A stretch of 64,000 nucleotides of DNA from a virus (IMGVR_UViG_3300035505_000270:9252-73251); one strand, 5' to 3'. Shown: positions 29,736 to 40,440, counted from the stretch's first letter. A program made the numbers and translations. Notes: generated by a model from the letters alone, not told the origin.

Positions 29736-30539
29736 TTAAATATATTTATTATAAAATTCTTTTCCAGCAATTAAACAATTAGTAGTAATTCCGCTAATAT
29801 AAGGATCTAAACTCATTAAATCATTTACTTCATCAAGAGTCCATACTTCAAGAGGAATATCATTATCTATACAAAGTTGAATTTTTTCATCATCACAAAC
29901 TGTATAATTACTATCAAAGAATACATCGCAACCTTTATTGCGTAAACTTAATAAATATCCTACTCTTGTTTCTGTTGGTGCTTGTAAATAACCAATTCTC
30001 GCAGTATTATCTGTATTGCCAATAGTGTTTAAGTAATCGATATTAAATGAAATCCAAGTAACTTTGCCTTGCATTCCGTATTCTTTTACATTTTGTACTA
30101 ACATTTTTAATTGGTCTTTTGTATAAGTTGCATTACTTTTAATTTCAATATAAGGATGTAATCCTAACATTTTACAGCATTTTAAAAATTCTTTAAAATT
30201 AGGTATACGCTCTCCCTCATATATTGAGTTTTTCCAACTACCAAAATCATAAGCTCTAATGTCTTCATAGCTCATTTCACTTACAGTACCAGAACCATTA
30301 GAACATCTGTCAATAGTAGCATCATGAGATAAAACTGGAATACCATCCGCAGTAAAACTTATATCAGTTTCTACATAATTAAAACCTTGAAATTTAGAAA
30401 GGCGGAAGGCGGCGAGTGTATTCTCCGGAGCTACATTACTGTAGCCCCTATGGTTGACACTTTTAAAAGTTTTATCAAAATTAATAGCAACTGGAAAGAT
30501 TGACCTTAAATCATTGTTATAAAAAGTTAAACTATCCAT
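29736..30539 (-). CDS. Glycerophosphodiester phosphodiesterase (GDPD)
   Basis: NHRGYSNVAPENTLAAF, VETDISFTADGIPVLSHD, YIEIK, VWTLD and GITTN motifs. Confidence 0.9.
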   Translation of the reverse strand: MDSLTFYNNDLRSIFPVAINFDKTFKSVNHRGYSNVAPENTLAAFRLSKFQGFNYVETDISFTADGIPVLSHDATIDRCSNGSGTVSEMSYEDIRAYDFGSWKNSIYEGERIPNFKEFLKCCKMLGLHPYIEIKSNATYTKDQLKMLVQNVKEYGMQGKVTWISFNIDYLNTIGNTDNTARIGYLQAPTETRVGYLLSLRNKGCDVFFDSNYTVCDDEKIQLCIDNDIPLEVWTLDEVNDLMSLDPYISGITTNCLIAGKEFYNKYI

Positions 30540-30550
30540 TTAATCTCCCC

Positions 30551-33109
30551 TTATGAATATATTGATACTGACTTAATAGTCATATTGTAGAAGCTATCTG
30601 CATAGCCGCCAAGACATATAGCTGTACGATTCTTATCAAATGCCCTAGATGAAGTATACACTAATTCACCATCTTTATATAAATTAATGTATCCTTTACT
30701 ATCCGAAACAAATTTTAATGTACAATTATCAAAATAATTTGCATCTGTAAGTGTTGAATCTGTTGCCCATGCGCCATTCACATAGAAGCTCCAACATTGA
30801 CTTTGCCATCTGTAAACTAATCCTTCAGATTTATTAGTATCAGTACTATAAATCATAAATGTTCTACCATGAGTGCTAGAGTCAAATTGTCTTGACATTT
30901 CGCCAGTTACAATTTCTAATGTTCTACCTACTCCAAATACATCTGTACCTAAAAGCACATTTTGAGAACCTTTAGCAAAAGATAGACCATCTGAACTAAG
31001 AGTTGCTCCTGTATTAGTTGCAGAGATTCCTGCTACAGTATCTATTAGACTACCTGCTGTAAAATCCCAATTGTAAAGTAAAATACCATGTTCAGTATCA
31101 TCTTCAGAGCTTCCATCAGAATCTTCTATACCTAAATCTTCATCCGTATAATAATCATTTTCATAACCATCTGTTGGAGTTGCTCCAATAGTAAGATTTG
31201 AGAAAAAAGCATTTAAATTTAAAGTAATCAAATCTAAATAAGATAATCCTTTAATACTAAAATCATATTCACCTACGATAGTTAAACCAGAGTTAATTGC
31301 AAAAATTTGACCTAAATCATTAATTTGAATTTGTCTCATTTCTCCCACTGGTGTATAGGAAGTAGCTTCTTTACCTTCCTCGATTTGTAACCATAAACTA
31401 CCATCTAAATATTTAGAATAATCACTCCTATCACTTAATAGCCATAAATAAATATAACCATTTTCGTCAGTTTGCGCGGTAAGCACGCCTCCAGACTCAT
31501 CTACCCCGATACTTAAAGATTGACCGAAGTATACTGTATTTCCGCTTGTGGCTTCGGTAGAGCAAGTATAATAGGTATTAGGCTTGAATTGTAATCTCGT
31601 ACCTCTATATCCCTGGTACGCCCCCTCGGAAACATAAGTTGTAACGTCAAATAAATTACGACTACTGATAGTCAAAACATTAGGAACTGTACCTTCTACG
31701 TATTGAGCATAGCCAGTAGGAGTAGAAGCAATTAGGTTTTTATCACTTGATGAAATCATCACAGAGTCATCGATAAGTGCTCCACTACCGGAGCCACCGC
31801 CTATGATAGTAGCCGTATCTATACTATAGTCATTTATATTATTATTGAAAGTACAATTACATATTGTATTATTCTCAGTTCCGCTGCTTGATTCCCAAAT
31901 ACCTATTGCATTATCTTTAAGACTACAACCAGTAATTGAGATATAAGAAGATTCTTCTTCAATAGCAATACCATATTCTGTATTACCCTCAATAAAACAA
32001 TTTGCAATAGTAGAATTATGTAAATTAGTAATACCTATGCCACGAGCATTATTAGTTGCGGTAACCCCATGAAAAACAAAATCATCATTGTCAATTGTTG
32101 CATATCTAACTCCGCAAAAGCTATTATTATAATAATAACCGCCATAAGTTTTACAATTACTAGAAGCAACAAATTGTAACCCAAAAGTTGAATTTCTACC
32201 AATACAATCTTTAACTACAGCTTCTTTATAGCTATCTACACATATCGCAGCGAAGTTACAATTCCATGCAGTGCATCTTTCTACAAGAGTGGTATAATTA
32301 TCATAATCAGTTCCACCATCCCAGTAATCTGATACCCAAGGTCCGCACACATGAATAGCTTGGAAACAACAATCATGGACTCTAACGTCTTTAATCTCCA
32401 AACCGGCGACCCCGCCAATAATGATACCATTCTGAAATAAATCTGTTATCCATACTTTTGCATTGTCTCTATTACAATCAATTTCACCACCAGAAATAGA
32501 TATGTTATATCCGATACCATAATAAGTTGATTGTCTTTGATCTTCAAATCTAAAAGCTGAATTTAAAGTACAAATAGTCGTAAATTCATATTGAGGTGCT
32601 TGTAAAACTGTAATAGTGTTGTTTTTATCATCTATTGCTGTAACAAAAGTACCAAAAGCATTTTCCCCTTCTGTTACATAGCCAACTTTACCATTCGTGA
32701 AGCCAACTTCCTGACCTACAATTATATTTTTTAATATTTCACCTGTAACCGCAATAGTCGCACTTCCTTTAGTTGTTTTTGAAGGAAGAGTAGCTATATA
32801 TTGATTTGTAAGTTTAATTACTGTATCATAGCACATAACTACTGAAACATTACTGTCTAAGTAAACTACACAAGAGAAGGAGTACTTACCTCCTAAAATA
32901 TAAACTGTTCCTCCTCCTGCGGCAGCTACTTCGTTTATAGCAGCTTGTACTTGTATATTATCAGCTGTTCCATCACAAACATAGTCATTGTCTGCGCTAA
33001 AGCCAACTGTTTTTATATATGTTAATTTTTTTTCAACGATTGTGGTTCCTCCCCCACTCCCGCCAAAATCATAAGTGTTATTATCTAAAATAAGTTTAGT
33101 AATAGCCAT
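30551..33109 (-). CDS. Tail spike/depolymerase-like protein: parallel beta-helix plus C-terminal ConA/LamG-like domain
   Basis: DNIQVQAAINE..GGGTVY opening, repeated xxIxNCxxxxNxxxGI beta-helix rungs, and a C-terminal LLYNWDF...lectin-like domain. Confidence 0.65.
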   Translation of the reverse strand: MAITKLILDNNTYDFGGSGGGTTIVEKKLTYIKTVGFSADNDYVCDGTADNIQVQAAINEVAAAGGGTVYILGGKYSFSCVVYLDSNVSVVMCYDTVIKLTNQYIATLPSKTTKGSATIAVTGEILKNIIVGQEVGFTNGKVGYVTEGENAFGTFVTAIDDKNNTITVLQAPQYEFTTICTLNSAFRFEDQRQSTYYGIGYNISISGGEIDCNRDNAKVWITDLFQNGIIIGGVAGLEIKDVRVHDCCFQAIHVCGPWVSDYWDGGTDYDNYTTLVERCTAWNCNFAAICVDSYKEAVVKDCIGRNSTFGLQFVASSNCKTYGGYYYNNSFCGVRYATIDNDDFVFHGVTATNNARGIGITNLHNSTIANCFIEGNTEYGIAIEEESSYISITGCSLKDNAIGIWESSSGTENNTICNCTFNNNINDYSIDTATIIGGGSGSGALIDDSVMISSSDKNLIASTPTGYAQYVEGTVPNVLTISSRNLFDVTTYVSEGAYQGYRGTRLQFKPNTYYTCSTEATSGNTVYFGQSLSIGVDESGGVLTAQTDENGYIYLWLLSDRSDYSKYLDGSLWLQIEEGKEATSYTPVGEMRQIQINDLGQIFAINSGLTIVGEYDFSIKGLSYLDLITLNLNAFFSNLTIGATPTDGYENDYYTDEDLGIEDSDGSSEDDTEHGILLYNWDFTAGSLIDTVAGISATNTGATLSSDGLSFAKGSQNVLLGTDVFGVGRTLEIVTGEMSRQFDSSTHGRTFMIYSTDTNKSEGLVYRWQSQCWSFYVNGAWATDSTLTDANYFDNCTLKFVSDSKGYINLYKDGELVYTSSRAFDKNRTAICLGGYADSFYNMTIKSVSIYS

Positions 33110-33213
33110 TTTAATCTCCTACTCTTTTACGTCCTTCTCCCCCTTTTTATGTTCCTACCTAATTTCTTTTCCATTAAAGGACTTGTAAAAATATTTTATT
33201 TTATGCCTTCTCC

Positions 33214-33480
33214 TTATTTTACAATACAGTCAATTTCTGCATCTATATTTTCATATTGTTCAAAGTATAGCGAACCTATTTCTATATTGTTAAACTCTAA
33301 TATTCCAGTCTTTCCTATTTCATATTTTTTACCATTAATATTACAAATATGAGTAGGCATAGATAATATTCCTAATTTTTGAACATAGGAAAGACCTGAA
33401 TATTCTTTACGTATTTCTTCCATTAAATCTTGCTTAGCAGAAAAAGGTCCATGCAATTGAACAAATTTTTTATTTGCCAT
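33214..33480 (-). CDS. Hypothetical tail/baseplate protein
   Basis: 88 aa ORF. IGKTGILEF resembles IGRSGIYEL in 34324-34989. Confidence 0.55.
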   Translation of the reverse strand: MANKKFVQLHGPFSAKQDLMEEIRKEYSGLSYVQKLGILSMPTHICNINGKKYEIGKTGILEFNNIEIGSLYFEQYENIDAEIDCIVK

Positions 33481-33493
33481 ACCTTTATACCAC

Positions 33494-34309
33494 CTATTCA
33501 AAGTCTATCCAAGTTAATGCGGAAGCTGTAGTTGCTTGACTTAAATAAGTAGAGTATTTTAGCGCACCAGTATAATCATATGTATCACTAACAAAAATTT
33601 CTGTAGTTGCACTTAAATCACTTGGATAATTATTAATAGTATTTTTTTTATTTAACTCAGCTACATAGGTAGTTTTTCTAATCCCACCTACATAAGTATC
33701 TGTAGTCCTTGGAATATTAAATTGCCATTTATAATAGAATGGATGTTCACTATCCCCTCCTGCTAATTTGGTAACAGAAGCTGTAGATGATGCATCAATA
33801 ATATTAACATTAGCATCAAATACAGTATATGGAAAAGTAAACCCAATATATGCAGTGGTGTCATTTTCATTTTCATCCCTAACAGAACAATAAGAGTATG
33901 TAATTGCAGAATTACTATCCCCAGGTACTAGTCCGCCATTACTAGTCGTTGCTATATATGAACCACTTCCACTAAGAATATCTTCATTATTAGCTTGCGC
34001 GGTGCTTAGTGCGGATGCTACACCAGCTTCATTAGTAACTTCAAGTTGAGGTGCCCTTCCAGATGGTCCTACTATAGTACCTACATAAATAGCTCCACCT
34101 AAACTATTAGTATAATCATAACCTCTACGATAAACGCTACCATTATCTGCATTATTCTTATTTTCAGAATTAATAATTACATATTCATCATAATGAACAG
34201 CTGTATAACTTCCCCCTTGCTTAAAGGCGCTAACCATTTCCGCCTTACTTCCAAAGGATTTTACTAAAACAAAGGAGGCACCTTGTCTGCCTCCATAGAA
34301 GCTTTCCAT
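33494..34309 (-). CDS. Putative tail fibre/baseplate attachment protein
   Basis: MESFYGGRQGASF N-terminus; located in the tail-tip operon. Confidence 0.5.
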   Translation of the reverse strand: MESFYGGRQGASFVLVKSFGSKAEMVSAFKQGGSYTAVHYDEYVIINSENKNNADNGSVYRRGYDYTNSLGGAIYVGTIVGPSGRAPQLEVTNEAGVASALSTAQANNEDILSGSGSYIATTSNGGLVPGDSNSAITYSYCSVRDENENDTTAYIGFTFPYTVFDANVNIIDASSTASVTKLAGGDSEHPFYYKWQFNIPRTTDTYVGGIRKTTYVAELNKKNTINNYPSDLSATTEIFVSDTYDYTGALKYSTYLSQATTASALTWIDFE

Positions 34310-34323
34310 ATTTTAATCCTCCT

Positions 34324-34989
34324 TTAATATTTATAATCTACTATAAAATAGTCAGTTCCATTTTGTGTTACTAAACTATTTTTTAATACAAAACCTAAAT
34401 AATTAATAGCTATATTATTATTATATAATTCATAAATTCCACTTCTGCCAATTTGAATTTCTTCACCATTAACAGTAAATAATAGTCCAGGAGGACCTTG
34501 AATACCTATCTTTTTTAAACTATTAACTCCAATAGCATCTTTTACCACATTAGTAAGTTTTATAAACTTATCAATAGTAATAGTCATAGCTCTTCCATTA
34601 GTAGATTTAAAATCTAAATCACTTCTTTGTAATTCAAATAACATAGAATTATAGGAGTTGTTAGGTTGAAAAATAATTTCAAAAGTTACTGTACCAGTTC
34701 CTATTGGCGCTGTATAGTTACCTATTGTTTCAGTATTATCAGTATCCGAATTATTTTGCAAAATTAATGAAAAATCTTGCACCCCTGAAGTAAGACAACT
34801 AACAGTAAATCTTAAATAATAAACTGTAGAATAGTTAATAGGTTTTGTAAAATTTAAAATTTTATCTGTAAATGTTATACTTGTTAAAGGTATTACTGTT
34901 TTTACAGTAGAAAGACTATAATCAATAGCCGTTTCGTATCCACCAACATCTAAGTCACTCCTACGGAATTGACCAATATTATAGCTCAT
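34324..34989 (-). CDS. Putative baseplate/tail protein
   Basis: Beta-rich 221 aa ORF; LKKIGIQGPPG motif; operon context. Confidence 0.5.
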   Translation of the reverse strand: MSYNIGQFRRSDLDVGGYETAIDYSLSTVKTVIPLTSITFTDKILNFTKPINYSTVYYLRFTVSCLTSGVQDFSLILQNNSDTDNTETIGNYTAPIGTGTVTFEIIFQPNNSYNSMLFELQRSDLDFKSTNGRAMTITIDKFIKLTNVVKDAIGVNSLKKIGIQGPPGLLFTVNGEEIQIGRSGIYELYNNNIAINYLGFVLKNSLVTQNGTDYFIVDYKY

Positions 34990-35007
34990 ATCCTTTTTCC
35001 TCCTTTC

Positions 35008-37035
35008 CTAAATTCGCTCTAATACTCTTGTACATGATAAAGTCATTGTACTAGAAGTATCAAAAGGAATAGAAATACTATTTATCATATAATCTCCATA
35101 AATTCCGCATTGAGAGTCTCTTACTGTAATTCTAGTATTAGGCTCTAAATAGAAAATTGGAATGGAGCTAATTGTAATTGTTTCATTATAACTTGTATAT
35201 TGATATAATAATTCTCTAACAGTATTATAAGCTGAATTTTTAGTTCCGCCTGTAGCAATTGCTTCATAAATCTTAGAATCAACTTGCATATAAGCTTGAC
35301 CTTTATTTTGACATTCAGTTACTAAAGCAGTAGTATCATTTTGTCCACTTTCAATAATTACTAAATCTGGTATATCTGGCTCAAATATACAGTTAATGCT
35401 ATCATCACTTAGCACTTTTGTTCTTCTACCTATGTTAGAAACACTAAGTTCTGAAATTGCAGCAGATGAATCTATAAAGTCTAAATAAAAATCTATATCT
35501 GTTCCATTTAACTCATCTATAAATTTACCATTTTCTACATCATAAAGTTTTGGCCATTCATTACAAAGTTCAGAATAGTAATAATTAGAATCACTTCCTA
35601 AAGGTTCTGCGGCAGCCCCTTGTAAATAGAGCTCGGTCCGCCAATCATCAGTCGTAATATCTTTTTCTGTTATAGGTAAATGAGTATTTTCATCACAAAT
35701 TACTACATATTGTAAATTTGCAGTATCCCATTTATATATTATATTATTTCTATCTTTTGCTTTATAAAATACACCCTCCGTGCCTACCGCAGGAAAGTTT
35801 TGATATTTTTCATAGACCATTGAACATTTAGCTTTGGTTAATCCATCATCTGGATCCGTATAGAAAAATACTTGATACGTATTTCCAATAGCAGGCTTGC
35901 TATCGATAGCCAAATGATATCTAATAGGATAAGTGTATCCTTCAACATCTTCTCTTACCCCCCAAACAACAAAATCATTTTTAATCATATTAAATTGAGG
36001 TGAGTTAGTACAAGAGGTAAACATAGTACAATCATCAAATTGATATACAGATTTGCCTTTACTATAATCCATTAAGTAATCACCGCTACTCATATTTTGT
36101 AATTCAATTGTTGTTTGACTTGTATTTAAATAATTTTTAATTTCTTGAAAAACAAAATTCCCATTTATATCATAAAAATATTCATAATTACCTAAAGTAT
36201 TTTTAATTGTATCAAGAATAGTACATACTGTATTTCCCGCATCTCCTATTAATTCGCCAGGATAAACAAAATCAGTATAGATATATCCTATATCATCACC
36301 ATATTCATATTTATTATAAGTTGAATTAATAGGTTTCGTAGTAGAAGCACTATATTGTGTAGAACCATTATGATATGTTGTAGTAATATATAAAGGATTA
36401 CTACCAATCCATCTCATTGTTTGTTTTACTCTAGTATCAACATCACTAATAATAATTTTACCTAGCTGCTCTCCGCCATAATGATTAACTAACTCTTGAA
36501 TAATCTGATAAATAGTAGTTTTAACTGTAATATATTCACCATTTTCATCAATAGTATCATATTCATGGAAAGTAATAGAGGCGGGAAGGGTGCCCCCGCA
36601 CTCTCCATTCAATAAGCACATTTTATCTTTTAGCTGCAATGAAATATTAACTCCATCGGTAGCATGAGATAAACTAGGTGAAGTAATTACAAATACACCA
36701 AGTGGGAACCAAATCTTTTCAAATTCTGTATAATATTTTGTATTATTAATAAAGCCAATTTCAACTTCAACTTTTTTATTTATAGAAAATATATTATTAA
36801 CATTAGTTAAATCATTTTCTGCCTCAGTCGCTACTAAGGACAAGGTACACGTTCTTCGGATAGTAGAACTAGCATCTAAATTTAGAGTGCCAGAAGTAAC
36901 TTGTCCTTGTATTGACTTTATTGGCTTTTCATCAAAAGTTAAAACTGTGATATTAACATATTGTTCTTTATTTCTTATTTTATCAAACATTTTTAAGAAA
37001 GCAGAGTCTTGTAAATATGGATAATTATATCTCAT
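35008..37035 (-). CDS. Putative baseplate hub/tail-associated protein
   Basis: GQVTSGTLNLD..IRRT at the N-terminus and PIFYLEPNTRITV..GDYMINSISIP at the C-terminus, typical of hub-type tail proteins. Confidence 0.55.
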   Translation of the reverse strand: MRYNYPYLQDSAFLKMFDKIRNKEQYVNITVLTFDEKPIKSIQGQVTSGTLNLDASSTIRRTCTLSLVATEAENDLTNVNNIFSINKKVEVEIGFINNTKYYTEFEKIWFPLGVFVITSPSLSHATDGVNISLQLKDKMCLLNGECGGTLPASITFHEYDTIDENGEYITVKTTIYQIIQELVNHYGGEQLGKIIISDVDTRVKQTMRWIGSNPLYITTTYHNGSTQYSASTTKPINSTYNKYEYGDDIGYIYTDFVYPGELIGDAGNTVCTILDTIKNTLGNYEYFYDINGNFVFQEIKNYLNTSQTTIELQNMSSGDYLMDYSKGKSVYQFDDCTMFTSCTNSPQFNMIKNDFVVWGVREDVEGYTYPIRYHLAIDSKPAIGNTYQVFFYTDPDDGLTKAKCSMVYEKYQNFPAVGTEGVFYKAKDRNNIIYKWDTANLQYVVICDENTHLPITEKDITTDDWRTELYLQGAAAEPLGSDSNYYYSELCNEWPKLYDVENGKFIDELNGTDIDFYLDFIDSSAAISELSVSNIGRRTKVLSDDSINCIFEPDIPDLVIIESGQNDTTALVTECQNKGQAYMQVDSKIYEAIATGGTKNSAYNTVRELLYQYTSYNETITISSIPIFYLEPNTRITVRDSQCGIYGDYMINSISIPFDTSSTMTLSCTRVLERI

Positions 37036-39851
37036 TCTGAATAATACTCTCCTTTCATAGTTTCAACAATGTAATCTACAATAGCAAATACTGGACATTG
37101 AACTATATCATCATCTGAAAATTCATACCATGTTTGATGGTAATAAATATATCGTTGACCGTTAATAGTATAAACACTATTTTTAGCAGGACTAACAATT
37201 TCATCAAAAGAAGTCCAATCTCCCCTAACTTCAAAATATTCAGTATCTCTAACATATTCATTGTCATTTTTAACTATTAATTTATTATCTTCTATTGTAA
37301 AATATTCCGGATTTACTGTAATAATATTTCCATCATCATCAATAGTAATAACTCCATCTTTCAGCACAACCATCTTCTCAATAGGTTTGCCATCTTCTTG
37401 GGCGGAAATAATTTGTAAGATAGCTTCAACAGCAGAATTTAAATGTAAATGAACTCCATGAAAATAAAAACCTGTTAGAATACTATCTTCATCATAGAAT
37501 CTTAATACCCCCGTCGCTCCTATTTCATGTTTAAAGTATTCATCATCATAAGAATCTTTAACATAAATTACTGTACCAGGGTCTGCTTCAATAGTGACTT
37601 CATTAAGAGATGCTAATGTTTGATAATAAGCTTGATATTTAAATAAATATTTTGTATATATATCAGTAAAGCCATTTTCGTCTAATTTAAACATTTTATG
37701 AAGTTGGCCTGCTTTTACATTATAATATATTTTACTATATAACAAACTAGTATTTTCAGTTTGTTCTAATTCTGCAATATAATCAATAGTTACATCAGTA
37801 TCTGTTGGAAATGTAATTGAAGTAACATTTGTGTCATCATCAATTAATTCATAAAATCCTCGCGCACTAACAATAATTGGAGTATTATTAATATTAACAA
37901 TGTATCCTACCGCAGTATCTGAATCTCCAGTTTTGCTCCAAGGTTGCGGAACTCCATTAACCGTTTTTATTAAATAAGGTGCTGAATTAAATTGCAATCT
38001 TACCCAACTAAGATAAGACAAATTTGTTATATATTTTTCTAAAGTAAGATTAGAATATTTATTTCTTATAATATCTATAACATCATCATTTTTTGTAAAA
38101 GTATCAATAACTTGACCTATTTTATTATAATCATAATGTAATTCAGTGCAATAATCACCAATAGTCTGAATACCATACGTGTCATAATTTGCAACAGTAC
38201 AATTATCCATCTCATATGCAGTTGCGCTAAATGAATATAACATTCTTCCCAATGTTTCTTGCGGAGAAAAATTAATATCCATTAATCTTACTATAATATT
38301 ACCCTCTGTATTAGACCTAAATAATTTTAAATCATCTCCATATAGGAAATCCATTATCTTTTCTCTAAACATTCGTTCATAGATATAATCATTATATTCA
38401 GTAATATATCTTTTTTCATCAAATGGAGAATCTGCGGCGGCCGCTACATCTTCATTATATTTTTTATAATAATTATCATACATATCTTGTCCGTAAATTG
38501 ACTCAGGACTTAAAAAGATATGTTCATCATCACAAAAGCTAGTAATTAAACCAGATATTGAAAATGATTTATATTTAACATTTCCATTTCTACGAATAAA
38601 AGGAAATTGTGAACCTATCGTATCAGTTTTAGATTCTATATAATTAGTTTTGAAAGAAGAAATGCTAGGATCGTATTTAACTCTAAACTGCAAGTCTTCT
38701 CTTGTTAAAAACATATCCTCTAGTTCTATTACAATAGGATCTTCAATTATAGTTAAGACCCCTCGGTCACCTTTACTACTTCTTCTTTGTATCCCATACT
38801 TGTACCACACTCCACTTTCTATAGTATAATCATACCATGTATAATCAACAATTGTATTATCAGTAAAAGTTAGTTGTTTTACATCATCCCACAATTTAAA
38901 ATTGCTCTTACTAGAAGTTCTTCTGAAAGTCACATTACCAAAGAAAGGTATAGTATCAGTACTCTTAATGTGTAATTTTACTCTGCCATTATCTACATCC
39001 GCCTCTGCTTCAATAGATAGTTCTAAGGCGTCAAGCAAATTTGGAATAACTGAAAAAGTATATTCAATTGAATTAGAATATTCGTTGTATGTATAATAAG
39101 TTAATTCTAATCTATATTCGGTGCCATCTTCTAATAAATAAGGTAAGGTATAATTAATTTCATTTGGATTATATATTTCAGTAAAAATTTTATCACTATT
39201 AAATACTAATTCATTATTTAAAGTTGAATAAATTTTTACTGTATAATATTTTAAATATTCACTTTCATCTTCATCTTCGAAAGATAAAGTACCAATTAAA
39301 TCTAATATTTCAGTAGTAAAAATAGTAGTCTCTAATGTGGTAGGATCATCTTCAAAACCTTTTAACTCTAAAGTCGGTTTAGAAATGCCTTTAATTAAAC
39401 ATACTGTTGACCACTCTGAAAAATATGTTGAATTTGCATTTAACCAAGAAGCCATACCAGCTTGACTTGCAGGAGTTTCTTGGGCTCCCGCACCAGTAAA
39501 ACGAACCTGAACTTTATAATATTGATTAACTTCAAATTCACCTTGTTTTAAATCTTCAGGATTTATTTCAATATAATATTTTTCATCATTGACTACTGTA
39601 TTATCTATTAAAATATTAGTAACTTTAATATTAGTAGAATAATAAGGCTTGCTTGTATCTTTTGTATCAGGCGAAGTTCTAAAAGCTGATGTATTACTCT
39701 TTTGATAATTGACAATAACTTGTGCATTTTTTATATCTTCATAACTATTATAATTAGATAAGGAGAAATATACTTTGCAAGTTTCATTTCTCACAAATGC
39801 AGGTTGGTACGTACCCACAATAGGTGGGTATAAATTATTTGTTATTGACAT
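37032..39851 (-). CDS. Large tail protein with Ig/FN3-like domains (distal tail-like)
   Basis: Start MSITNNLYPP after an AGGAG RBS. Beta-rich, with DYTIESGVWYKY and FRSNTEGNIIVRL. Confidence 0.5.
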   Translation of the reverse strand: MSITNNLYPPIVGTYQPAFVRNETCKVYFSLSNYNSYEDIKNAQVIVNYQKSNTSAFRTSPDTKDTSKPYYSTNIKVTNILIDNTVVNDEKYYIEINPEDLKQGEFEVNQYYKVQVRFTGAGAQETPASQAGMASWLNANSTYFSEWSTVCLIKGISKPTLELKGFEDDPTTLETTIFTTEILDLIGTLSFEDEDESEYLKYYTVKIYSTLNNELVFNSDKIFTEIYNPNEINYTLPYLLEDGTEYRLELTYYTYNEYSNSIEYTFSVIPNLLDALELSIEAEADVDNGRVKLHIKSTDTIPFFGNVTFRRTSSKSNFKLWDDVKQLTFTDNTIVDYTWYDYTIESGVWYKYGIQRRSSKGDRGVLTIIEDPIVIELEDMFLTREDLQFRVKYDPSISSFKTNYIESKTDTIGSQFPFIRRNGNVKYKSFSISGLITSFCDDEHIFLSPESIYGQDMYDNYYKKYNEDVAAAADSPFDEKRYITEYNDYIYERMFREKIMDFLYGDDLKLFRSNTEGNIIVRLMDINFSPQETLGRMLYSFSATAYEMDNCTVANYDTYGIQTIGDYCTELHYDYNKIGQVIDTFTKNDDVIDIIRNKYSNLTLEKYITNLSYLSWVRLQFNSAPYLIKTVNGVPQPWSKTGDSDTAVGYIVNINNTPIIVSARGFYELIDDDTNVTSITFPTDTDVTIDYIAELEQTENTSLLYSKIYYNVKAGQLHKMFKLDENGFTDIYTKYLFKYQAYYQTLASLNEVTIEADPGTVIYVKDSYDDEYFKHEIGATGVLRFYDEDSILTGFYFHGVHLHLNSAVEAILQIISAQEDGKPIEKMVVLKDGVITIDDDGNIITVNPEYFTIEDNKLIVKNDNEYVRDTEYFEVRGDWTSFDEIVSPAKNSVYTINGQRYIYYHQTWYEFSDDDIVQCPVFAIVDYIVETMKGEYYSE

Positions 39852-39876
39852 ATCATTCTCCTTTTCTCTCTTATTT

Positions 39877-40347
39877 TTATTGCGGCGGTTGCTTAGGAAG
39901 CGCACGTATCTCTTCCATTAAATCTTTAATAAAAGAGTTCCCGCCTTCATCTACGTAATGATTATAACGTCTTTCAATGCAATTTAAACTGTAGTCATCA
40001 ATCCATCCCTTATCATAGCAAAAGGAATGATGTTCTTTTGTTATATAAGATTTGATATCATCTCTATCAGATTCAATTAGCAAATTAATCTTTTGTAGCA
40101 TATCAGACAATTTATCTTCAACAGCAGCTTGCTCTTTTTCAACCTTTTGAAAATTATTATTACATTGATTGATTTGTTCTTGCATAACTGCTAATTTTGT
40201 TTCTTGTTGTGTTTCTTTATTAAAAGTCTTTCTAAGACGTTCTACTGCCCAATCCCAAAATGTAAAAAATCCCTTAATTGCTAAACAAAATATAACTAAA
40301 AAAGTTAAAATCTCTGAAAGAGAATAATTGTTTAGTAAATCTTCCAT
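39877..40347 (-). CDS. Putative holin-like membrane protein
   Basis: Single N-terminal TM helix (EILTFLVIFCLAIKGFFTFW), a coiled coil, and YNHYVDEGGNSF. Function is inferred. Confidence 0.45.
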   Translation of the reverse strand: MEDLLNNYSLSEILTFLVIFCLAIKGFFTFWDWAVERLRKTFNKETQQETKLAVMQEQINQCNNNFQKVEKEQAAVEDKLSDMLQKINLLIESDRDDIKSYITKEHHSFCYDKGWIDDYSLNCIERRYNHYVDEGGNSFIKDLMEEIRALPKQPPQ

Positions 40348-40355
40348 AAAAAAAT

Positions 40356-40431
40356 ACCTCCATTAATAAACAAAAATTCTTTTTCTATAACTTACTAATT
40401 ATTATGAATTTTTGAATTTATTAATGGAGGT
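40356..40431. repeat. Perfect 15-bp inverted repeat covering the RBS of the holin-like gene
   Basis: ACCTCCATTAATAAA (40356-40370) and TTTATTAATGGAGGT (40417-40431), 46 nt apart. Confidence 0.85.
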
Positions 40432-40440
40432 TTTCTGCCC
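40403..40440 (-). promoter_or_regulatory. Candidate late promoter motif for the holin-like gene
   Basis: GGGCAG-N28-CATAATAATTA on the minus strand. Confidence 0.5.
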
